This document shows positions 54,001 through 64,000 of a stretch of DNA of 64,000 bases, piece by piece; positions within the stretch are counted from its first letter, which is position 1, and every line of letters starts with the position of its first letter. The stretch lies in the NCBI GenBank assembly GCA_028023455.1, contig JAQFVV010000007.1, positions 5,704,001-5,768,000 of the forward strand. The letters are read 5' to 3'. The stretch comes from Epiperipatus broadwayi (Eukaryota; Animalia; Onychophora). The notes beneath the pieces are model-generated. The model made no database searches. It was not told the DNA's origin and saw nothing but the letters and a program-made list of their open reading frames with translations. Made by a program: the position numbers and the translations under genes.

Positions 54001-54393
54001 GTAAATCACCCTGACTTTAATTTTTATATGCCTTATGGATTTTATTTTTTAAGTAACTATATGAAATACCAATTATAATTATCATTTAAGATATTTGCAC
54101 CCATACTTGCTGTAATATAATAAGCTCATTAGTTCATATGTTATATTTGTATTAACTATAACTATTATGTATATATGTATTTGTACATCTATCATTAAAG
54201 TCTTTGCACTTAATGATCACAATTTTCCTGCTTAGTTACTTTTTTAATAACAATTAATTTGATGTTACCGCAGCTTTTAACTCCATACCAGGTATAAAAA
54301 ATTTTCAGCCCAAAACACACTTTACATATTCTTGCTTGGACATTGATATAGCCTGCCAGTTAAATTTGCATACAGAAAGTAGCAGAATGTCAC

Positions 54394-54983
54394 TGTCATA
54401 TCTGACCTTGCCTTCAGAAGTGGACTATTCCTGATTCCTTGCCTGATTGGCTAGCACCCAGTTGCTATCCAAAGGCAGTAAAACCTTCACTGGAGTTCGC
54501 GCACTGAATCCGCGTGTTTCCAGTAAGGTAGGGGATCTGCCTTTAAATAGTCAGCCTTTTGGAGGCAAGGCAGAGAGCAATTACTTCTGTTAACCTGAAC
54601 AACAGAACATGCTCTCCATTGAACCTTCTGCCATCAGCAAAGATATTTATCTAGTCATTATTGAGACATCCACACAGTGAGGCAAGTCCACCTATGGACT
54701 GGAAACTGCTACATCTGAACTAGAGCCGACTCGAGGCTAGCTTACTACATAGCTGGAAGAGTCTTACCAGAACTCACAATGCAGGCTAATCATTAGCTGG
54801 AAGCGAGTTCCTTACTCCGCATGACTATCTCAGCATTGAAGCATATCAACTGTATTTGTTCATTTGTTTAACTAACGTGTGTATATATTTTGTACTAATA
54901 AAGTATACATATTAATTGCTGAATAGTTGTTTTTTGTATCTGTTGGTTTGGAAACGAACCTGCAAGCCTAACCAAATGCAACA
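54394..54983 (+). repeat. 5' LTR
   Basis: Highly similar to 57153-57696; carries an extra ~47 bp (agttccttactcc...tcaact) and an AATAAA near 54897. Confidence 0.95.
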
Positions 54984-55318
54984 GATTTGGTGCAGTCGAC
55001 ACGCCAGTTAAAACAGATTTGGCACAGCCACACAGAAATTTTTCCCTCATGGCTGGGAAAATTATAGAATAAACAGTGCCAGTTACAACAGATTTGGCGC
55101 AGCCACACAGAACTTTTTCCCTCACGGCTAGAAAAAATTATAAAATAAATTGCGCCAGTTATAACAGATTTGGTGCAGTAACAGAAATTTTTCCCTCACA
55201 GCTGAAAAAATTAGTAATAAACTATGCCAGTTTAAACAGATCTGGTGCAGTAACAGAGAAAATTTTCCCTCACGGCTGGAAAATTATATTATAAAATATG
55301 CCAGTTTCAACAGATCTA
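54980..55318 (+). repeat. PBS (tRNA-Ser-like) followed by a tandem array of ~74 bp units, each repeating the LTR end + PBS
   Basis: TGGTGCAGTCG at 54988. Units start (gccagtt) at 55003, 55078, 55154, 55226 and 55300. The first four carry AACAGAT(T/C)TGG(C/T)(G/A)CAG; the fifth is truncated after AACAGATCT. Confidence 0.9.
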
Positions 55319-55627
55319 AACATATGAAATAAATACGTGAGTGTGTATATGTTTTATTATTTTTTGTTTTGGAAAAAATTTATGTTCCTGTCATTTCATT
55401 ACAGTTGTATTTTTTTTTTTTAGAAAAATAATGTAAAACTGTTGAATAAAATTGACTGCAAACATAAAGGCATGTCAATTTGAAGCTTCAACCAATCATG
55501 AGTGCTTTACTCGCAAGACAGCATAAAAGCTTGCTCTATTGGTTTAAAAGCTTAATTGAGTTAGTTACAATAACGTAACTATAAAAACAAGTAGGAGTGG
55601 TTATTCAGCATAAATAAATAAAAAAAG

Positions 55628-56916
55628 ATGGCTAAAGCAATCGGTTCTATGGAATCTTTTGATCCGGCTCAACCTGAAAGCTGTCCAAATTATAAAGAGC
55701 ATTTGATTTTTTATCTACAGCCTAACAATATAAAAAAGCCTGAGATAAATTTAGTTACACTAATGACCACAATAGATCTGCAAACATACGAAATACTCAA
55801 GTCTCAATCTATGGCTGTAACCCCAGCTGAGCTGGATTTTGATCGAGTATTGACAATTCTCACAAAGTATTTTTCTTTTAAATCCTTGACAATAATGCAG
55901 GGGTACCATTTTAATCTCAGCATACAAGAACAGGGTGAAACAGCTAGAGAATTTGCAACACGAATCCATATATTAGCCTTGAAGTGTGATTTCAAAGACT
56001 TCATGAATGAAGCACTTCATGATCGTTTTATTTGTGCATAAACGATCACAATTTGAGGCTGAAAATGTTAATGATTCCAGACCTAGATTTTGAGACAGTG
56101 GTAGCTCAAACAAGACTAGCAGAAACTATAGCTAGTCAAGCTAACCCATTAAAAAGACTTATAAAGTATGAAGTGCAAAAAATTGAGCATAACACTGGGT
56201 CATGCAAACACTCAGTCAGCTCAAATAATTCAGCATCAAATAGTCTAAGGCATTGTTATAAATGCAATGAGCACATGTATACAGAATGTCCATACCACAA
56301 AGCAACATGCATGTTTTTCAAGCATATTGGACATAAAGACAGTAAAGGCACTTATAAAAAACAGAAGCAAGTTGCTTGTATAAACCATATCAGAGATAAC
56401 AAGTCTGGGTTTATACACACTGTCATAATAAATGATACACCAGTTATTATGGAACTTGACACAGGATCAGCAGTGTCTATAGTTTCAAAAAAGACTTGGA
56501 CAATCATTAATAAAAAGAATAAATATAAGCTGCACCCTTGCAGTAAGTCAATATCAGACTACCAAGGGAATAAAATCAAACTGTTGGGTCAAACAACAGG
56601 AAAAATTACTATGCCTAACAAAACTATATACCTACCACTGGTAGTGGCATTAGGTAACCATAATGAGTTAGTAGATTGTGACTGGTTCAGTCACTTAGGG
56701 TTCAAAGTGACCAAAGTGAACCATCTCACAACATTATCAACATTGAAGACTAATGAATCAGAAGTCTTTAACAAAAAGCTGAAACCTGATGTGAAACTTC
56801 AACTAGAAGATAAAAACAAAATAAAATTCCAAATAGAAACAAAAGTACTGTGTCATATGTACTATGGATCCACAAGATGGAGACCAGCAGTAATGATGCA
56901 AATAAAGGGCCTCTAA
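55628..56916 (+). pseudogene. Gag + aspartic protease fused in frame to an integrase C-terminal tail; one frameshift near 56037
   Basis: Mag-type gag (SFDP...Y...Q..GET...F...LALKCDF....EALHDRFIC), degenerate Zn knuckles, protease ELDTGSAVS, then directly KPDV...VLCHMYYGSTRWRPAVMMQIKG, which resembles the IN C-terminal module. Confidence 0.88.
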
Positions 56917-57152
56917 CTGTTGTGCAAACTGAAGATGGTCATCATAATCATCACCATAACAACCAGTGAAAACTCAACCACACATCTGAAGCTATTAAGT
57001 CAGCAGCAGACAACCAGAAACAAGCTCATCAAGCAAAGAAGATGAAGACAGTAACAGCAATCAACTGGAGAAACCAAGAAAGCAGACAAAACATCATCCA
57101 GTGCATTTCAATGATTATGTCCTCCAGGGATAATTTCAGCCAGGGGGAGGTA

Positions 57153-57696
57153 TGTCATATCTGATCCTGCCTTCAGAAGTGGACTATTCCAGATTTCTTG
57201 CCTGATTGGCTAGCACCCAGTTGCTATCCAAAGGAGTAAAACCTTCACTGGCATTCATGCACTGAATCCACATGTTTCCAGTAAGGTAGGGGATCTGCCT
57301 TTAAATAGTCAGCCTTTTGGAGGCAAGGCAGAGAGCAATTACTTCTGTTAACCTGAATGACAGAATGTGCTCTCCATTAAACCTTCTGCCATCAGCAAAG
57401 GTATTTATCTGGTCATTATTGAGATGTCCACACAGTGAGGCAAGTCCACCTATAGACTGGAAACTGCTACATCTGAACTAGAGCCGACTCGAGGCAAGCT
57501 AACTACATAGCTGGAAGAGTCTTACCAGAACTCACAGCACAGTCTAATCATTAGCTGGAAGCGTATTTGTTCATTTGTTTAACTAACATGTGTATATATT
57601 TTGTACTAATAAAGTATACTTATTAATTGCTGAATAGTTGTTCTGTTTGTATCTGTTGGTTTGGAAACAAAGCTGCAAGCCTAACCAAACACAACA
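57153..57696 (+). repeat. 3' LTR
   Basis: Follows the PPT, ends CAACA and is followed by the TSD GTCAC. Confidence 0.95.
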
Positions 57697-57940
57697 GTCA
57701 CAATTTGACAATTCAAGCCTGTGAGAATAGACAGTTTAACAGTCCAAACTTTTAGATGGAACCAGGAGACTGGCACAATTTGTCAATTCAAATTTATGTA
57801 TAGGAATTATCAAATTAACTTAGAATTTCTGAATAAGAAATGCAATCAGTGTTAATAAGATTGTCAAACAAATTTTATATCAAGAATCCTGTGGACTGGC
57901 CATTGTATTTTACATGTATTTAATTATATATATATATATA

Positions 57941-59087
57941 TCATCATCATCATCATTATCAACCATTATCAATCCACTGCAGGATGAAGGTCTCTCCAAG
58001 TTTAATCCATCTTCTCCGATCTTTAGCTTCTCTTCTCCACATCACCCCTGCACACTTTCTTATTTCATCCATCCATCTCACATGTGGTCTCTTTCTGGGT
58101 CTTTTACAATCTCTTAGAATCCAGTTTAAAATTTCAATTGTCCATCTATTATCATCTCTTCTAGCAATATGTCCAGCCTAACTCCACTTCAATCTTTTAA
58201 TTTTTTCAATGATGCCAGTAACACCTGTTTGTTCTCTTACCCATACATTGCATTTTCGATCTCTTCTTGCTACTCCCAACATACACCTCTCCATACTTCT
58301 TTGAGTGGTCTGAAGTCTCTGTATTGCTCTTCTATTGAGTGTCCAAGTCTCAGATCCATAAGTAAGAACTGGTAAAATACATTTGTTAAAAACCTTCCTT
58401 TTCAAACACATAGGCATATTTCCTTTTAGTATCAAGTTATTTCTACCAAAAGCACTCCAACCAAGTTTAATTCTATGATTAATTTCCTCCATTATGTTTC
58501 CATCTGTATTAATAATCTGACCAAGGTATTTGTAACTGTTAACTTCTTCTAATTCATCATAATCAATCTTTATTTTCATATTTTGAGCAAACCGATTAAA
58601 CATTACTTTAGTCTTTTTAACATTTATCTTTAGTCCTACTTTTCTACTCTCATCTGATAACTCCTGCAACATTTCCTGCAGCTCTGAAGCATTATTTGCA
58701 AAAACAACTACATCATCTGCGAAATCTAAATGACTTAAATAATCTCCATTTACTTTCACTCCTTTAGTTTCCCATTTTAATCCACAAAATACTTCTTGCA
58801 GCACTGCTGTAAAAAGTTTTGGAGATATGGAGTCACCTTGTCTTACACCTTTCTCAATGTTGACTTTCCCAGTATCATTATGTAATCTAATTGTTGCTGT
58901 TGCATTTTTATAAATATTCTTTAAAATATGACAATATCCTGGATCTATTCCTTGATGATCCAATGCTTTAATCACTGAAGAAATGTGTTATAGAATCAAA
59001 TGCCTTTTCATAATCTACAAATCCAAAACATAATGACAACTCATATTCATTTGTCCTTTCTATAACTTCTCTCAATACCTGAATATG
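57941..59087 (-). mobile_element. 5'-truncated RTE-clade LINE (RT C-terminal part + 3' UTR) inserted in (TA)n
   Basis: FVDYEKAFDS, GVRQGDSISPKLF, HLDFADDVV, YKYLGQ, LTYGSETW and AGHIARRDDNRW. The tail is (GAT)n on the element strand, with (TA)n tracts on both sides. Two frameshifts (~58980, ~58180). Confidence 0.95.
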
Positions 59088-61149
59088 ATATATATATATA
59101 TATGACACAAATGATGAAACTTTAAAGACAAACACCTGTTTCACTATGCAGAATGTTATAGAAATAGTGAAAAGATCTGTGACAAATTTGTTAAAACAGT
59201 GAAGAAATGAAATAAATATTTTAACCTGCAACTATCTAAACTTATCATCTATTTCTAAAATAGATCCAAAGTAAATGGAAAAAACTTGGACAATTTAATC
59301 CTATGTTGCCAGACTTTGCAAAATCTTGTGTGCTTCTCTGAAGCAGCTTTACTGGAGCAATTTCTATGGAGAATGTGGGATGATTTGGTTAAGACAACAG
59401 CTTCTGGCTATGGGTTATCTATCATATCATTAAGCTAATTAAATGGGAATAACTCATGAAGTAGTGCAAGAATGTGAAATCAAAATCATTAAAATGTTCA
59501 AACAGCAGCAAACTGGACCTGAATGTAAGACAACCTCTATTGCTATAATAACTTAATGCATTTATTCTAAAAATCAAAATGGAAAGAAGAAGAGTGCCAT
59601 TAATTTAGACATAGCTGAGAATGTGTGCAGACCAAGAAACAATTTGAGGCTTCACAAATCCCTCATCATGAAATCCCAAGCAGTGGCTAAATATAAAAAG
59701 ATAAAACCAAAATCATACTTTTCTTTATTTTGCTGTAATATTCTATAAATACAATTTACCCAAACCATTTTGAATACTTTTTAGCAAAACTCTTTATTTT
59801 TTAAGACCATCAAGGTTTATCCAACAAAAGAAAAAAATAAAAGATTATGGTATTACATAATCTGAAACATAGTAAAAACAAAATTTCTACTGACTAGAAA
59901 AACAGAACAATACACTTGATAAATTGCTAGCCAAAAGATTTATGGTCTACAGGAAATACAAATCAAGATTGTCTAAATTAATCATAATAAAAAAAATAAG
60001 GGACAGGTGAGTTAAAAACAAAATTACTAATACCTGCATAAGCATTTATCAAGGTTAGTAATATAAAAAGAGAAAACACTAAGCATATAAAATATAAACT
60101 TGCAATACACTCTTGGATAAATAAATTTAAAATATAAAATCTTAAAACTAAGACTTCAATATATGTAATAATAATAAAAATACATAATAAAGTAATTAAT
60201 GATATTTAAATAATTATACATCTTATTATAGGTGCAGGTTTCTTTTTAAATTAAGCTGAGACATTAACATAGAGATTTAAGCCCTGGTTATAATATGAAA
60301 TGTTCATTTACCTTGAGGCATAATGTCCTATCTGGTTGATTTCTTCCAGGGGGTAATGCATAGTTTATTTCTACTTAGAGTTCATCTCAAAGGTTTTGAT
60401 TTCCATTTATTTATCTGTTCAGAAGTCTGAAGGCAATTGTTGGGATCAGTTCTGGACTAGGCTTTTAGATCATGTTCTTGAAGGCACAATTATGGAGCAC
60501 CAGGGTTCATTTTGGATTGATTTAATACTGCATATTATTATTAAGGTTTTTTACTCACTTATTTTCTGCATCCTGGATGTATGGTTGCTATTTCCAGTAA
60601 CTTAATATATTTACTTCTGTAAGTGAGTAGCTAAGCAGGTCTTCTTTAGCACAGCAAGCAGCAAATATTATTAGAAGTCCACAGAAATCCAACTTCAAAA
60701 ATTCACATTGAGCAAATAGCAAATATAAAAGTTATAACAGCAATCCAAATAAGAATCACTATAAAAATCTAAATAAGAATAAGAAGCAGAATAATAAGCC
60801 AATCAAAAACCTGGGGCTATTTATGTGAATTGTTATCTCCCCCATTAATCTTTAATTAAAAGTTTTGACCAGTGTAAATCACTATCTCACACTTAATATT
60901 AATTTTTAAAAAAATTCAACCAAGGCTCTTATCTATTTTTAAAATTAATTAAATTTAATTAAATGAAAAAATAAGTCTCAGCTTTCAAAAGTAAAATCAC
61001 AGAATTTTAAAATATAAATGAGTATGTGCGTTATCGCACGTACTCTTAAAACACACAAAAACAATAACATACAAAACTTTTAAATAGTTTTTTTAAAAAA
61101 AACTTTATAAATATAAATGTTAGTTTTAATTTTATGATGGTTGTCTTTG

Positions 61150-61410
61150 AAAAAGATAGAGCATTGCACCTAGATCCTATAATTCAAGATTCTTAGATTC
61201 AAGGCTCCTCACTGATGAAAGCCAAAAGCTGGCAACTACTGTGGGAATATTAGATGAGTAGGCACTAGATGGGAAATTTTCTGCATAAATCTTCTTGCAT
61301 CATTGATTACTCTGGTTTGCAATAAATGGTGCTACTGTATTGAGAATTTATTCCATGTGTAAACAGCTTGGGTAAGCACAAAGAATAGTGATCATGTGAT
61401 GTTTAGTGGT
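61150..61410 (+). repeat. Degenerate hammerhead-family copy
   Basis: ctcctca-ctgatga-aagc(caaaa)gctg-gcaac-ta-ctg-tggga, followed by the family 3' region and then gtgatcatgtgatgtttagtggtt. Confidence 0.7.
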
Positions 61411-61419
61411 TAAATTAAA

Positions 61420-63500
61420 TTTTTGTAAAAATAAACTACACCTAATCAAATAATTGTCTACCAGGTAACACCATTTATAAGCTCTAGACACCTATGGTTG
61501 GTAATGACAATCCCTTACCCAAATGTTTTAATTTACCAAAAGCCCATACAATTACTAGTTTCTCTTTCATTTGCAGTATTATTTCTTTCAGCCATGGTTA
61601 ATGGTTAACTGAGGAAATATAATACTCTGGGTACTTTGTCCAAATTTCTTAAAACACAACTCCCAACCTCACATTACTGCTTTCAATCTTTAAAAAGAAT
61701 GGCTGGTTAAAATCTGGATATGCTAATATTACTTTTCTCAAGAAATTTTGTTTAATCAGTTTAAAGGCATTCTTTTAAGGATCTTGCCATACCCACCTAC
61801 TGTCTTTTTGGAGTAAAACAGTAATACTTCCATATCAATGGAAAAGTTTTTGTAGAAGCTTTGGTAAAAATTACAGATCCCTAAGACTGACTTCACTTGT
61901 TTCTTATTTTGGGATTCTGAAAACCAAGCAATTGACCCAGATACATTATTTCTTCTTGCATCAGCCAATTTTCTTAATGTTTAAATAAAGTTGCTAGATT
62001 TTCCAGGTGCTTTTTCTGGTCTTTCAAGGCTATTACAATATAATCCATATAATAGATGATATCAAGGCAATGGCCAAGTCCTAAACCACCATTTAGCAGC
62101 TCAAATGGAACTCTTTGAAAATATAAGTATATTCTTCATACTGAAGGTATATATATTTTCTGTCTTCAATGCATAACAGCATTTGCCAGTATCTCAAGAT
62201 TAAATAAAAATATGGAAACATTTTCTTTCCTTTAAATTTCATATGTAAATTGAGGATTTGAAGAGGTATGTCATGATCAGATATAATAATTATATTTAAC
62301 TGTGAAACATACCCTCATTGATCCATTCTTGTTTCTTACTATAACTAATGGCTTGATGTATGATGAAGATTGTTTTTTAATAATCCCCTATTCCTCCATT
62401 TGTCATATCTGTTGGTTAATTTCTTCTCTATATTGGATAGAAATAGGGTATGACATACTCTGAAACTGAGTTTGTTTTAATCTAATATTGTGAATATACT
62501 CCTTTATAACTTCTGGCTTTACTGAAAATATTCTGTATAATGTTTCAGTATTTCTCCTATTTTCTGTCCTATAACTGTATTAGACTCATTTATGCTTTGA
62601 ATTTTTTTATGTCTTCCACACATCTCTTTTTGTTATTCAGGTTGCTTTTGTAATTATTTGCTCTTTCTGGTTTTAAAATGGTATTATTTCATCTTTGATC
62701 TATACCAAATTATCTTTATAATTAATTTTACTCTGAGTTCGATGATAAAGTCTGACCTCAATATCACATCTTGTATTAGTTCAGACACTGATAACAAAAT
62801 ATGATGCAAGCCTTGAGATCCAACATGCATCTCCATATATATACTTGCATAGTGTCATGTCTTGCTCCTTTACTATTAACCATGAATAACCTCCGATTTT
62901 TTTACTGAGAGTATTTGCATTTCCTTGTTCTCATTCTCCTTGATTTTCTTTAATATTACTTTTGATAGTATGGAAATTTGACATACCTGAGTCCATCAGA
63001 GCATTTATATATCCTGAATTCTTATAGATACAATTGGACACTCTTGTCTTGCAAGCATTAGATTATTCATCTTTTCTTCTAAGACTATGTTATAGATTTC
63101 ACTTCATTTTTCTTTTTAATAAATTTTCTTTTCTGCCCTATTTTATCTTGGAGTTTTCTCCTCTTGCTTTTCTATTGCCTCTATGTTTATCAGTATTTGC
63201 ACTACCACATCTATTTGTTTACTTATATAACCTATTAGACATATTGTTTTAGGTAAATTATTCCTAATTATTCAAATTATTTGAGGTTCAGTCATATGAT
63301 AATCTATGAAAGTTTTTAACCTAGCCATCTGTCTGACAAAACTGTTTGTAACCTTCCCCTTCTTTCTTTTTGTAAGTTTCACACCTTTTTGTTTTGGCAT
63401 ACTCCAGAATGTACATAAAATATTCATCCTATACTCTTCAAAAGTTTCCAGACTGTGGTATGCTTTCTACCTATCTCATATTATGTCCTCTAAATAGTCA
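61420..63500 (-). mobile_element. Decayed Ty3/Gypsy pol remnant
   Basis: Protease ALMDSG (~62980); RT LDIIY (~62060); KKQVKSVLGICNFYQSFYKNFS (ORF 61756-61968); RNase H ERE.LVIVWA (~61550). Confidence 0.8.
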
Positions 63501-64000
63501 CATCTTTTTATTCCCTGTTAATTTGTAAAACCAAAAACATAAATACTGTCCTTCATACTCTCTCTAAACATTTTAATTTTGATTATATTTTCTATATTCA
63601 AGTTTTTTTTAAATATTGATTTTTTACACCACTATGAATCCTACATAATTCCCAGAACTGATCTACAAATGTCAAAAACTACTCTTTTCTTTCTTCTCTC
63701 AGAATGTTTTATAGTCTAAAGCCCCACATTGGGGGCTATTTTATTATTATTACTTATTTACTATTTGATAATACAAGTTGACAAGTATGAAAAATGCATG
63801 ATCACTAGTGGGTCCCATATTTAGGAAACTGGTCATAATCTATTTTACTAGCAATCATATATGCCACAATAAACTAGTCATTTATATACATGAATACCAA
63901 CCACAAATATAATTGTATTACCTCACTTAAGATATTGCAAAGTTAGTAGATGGATGATGCTGTGTTGTTGTGAAATTTAATAATTTAAATTTATAACAAA

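Larger units (their letters stand above)
54394..57696 (+). mobile_element. Internally deleted Mag-type Ty3/Gypsy LTR retrotransposon (3.3 kb, non-autonomous)
   Basis: LTRs 54394-54983 and 57153-57696 (TGTCA...CAACA), exact 5-bp TSD GTCAC (54389-54393 and 57697-57701), PBS at 54988, PPT AGGGGGAGGTA (57142-57152), and gag plus protease with no RT, RNase H or integrase core. Confidence 0.95.

Noticed and set aside
55003-55318. CRISPR-like array
   Set aside because: The sequence between the conserved motifs is homologous from unit to unit rather than unique spacers, the context is a eukaryotic LTR leader, and there are no cas genes.

Overview
Very AT-rich, CpG-depleted eukaryotic DNA, probably from an arthropod-like invertebrate (inference). 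No prokaryotic features. The window is mostly the long introns of a + strand neprilysin/M13 metallopeptidase gene (Nep1-like). I read four short coding exons by hand (6667-6800, 14015-14107, 25539-25700, 47939-48022); only the last falls inside an ORF-track entry. The introns hold many mostly decayed transposons: an internally deleted Mag-type Gypsy element with both LTRs, a TSD and a tandem array of LTR-end/PBS copies; two TSD-flanked solo LTRs; an esterase-ORF1 LINE; RTE fragments; two Penelope GIY-YIG remnants; a hAT remnant; and two old Gypsy pol remnants. There is also a family of five hammerhead-ribozyme-bearing repeats and an unusual number of long fold-back palindromes. Most ORF-track entries are chance ORFs. 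All coordinates and alignments were done by eye, and the boundaries of old repeats are approximate.
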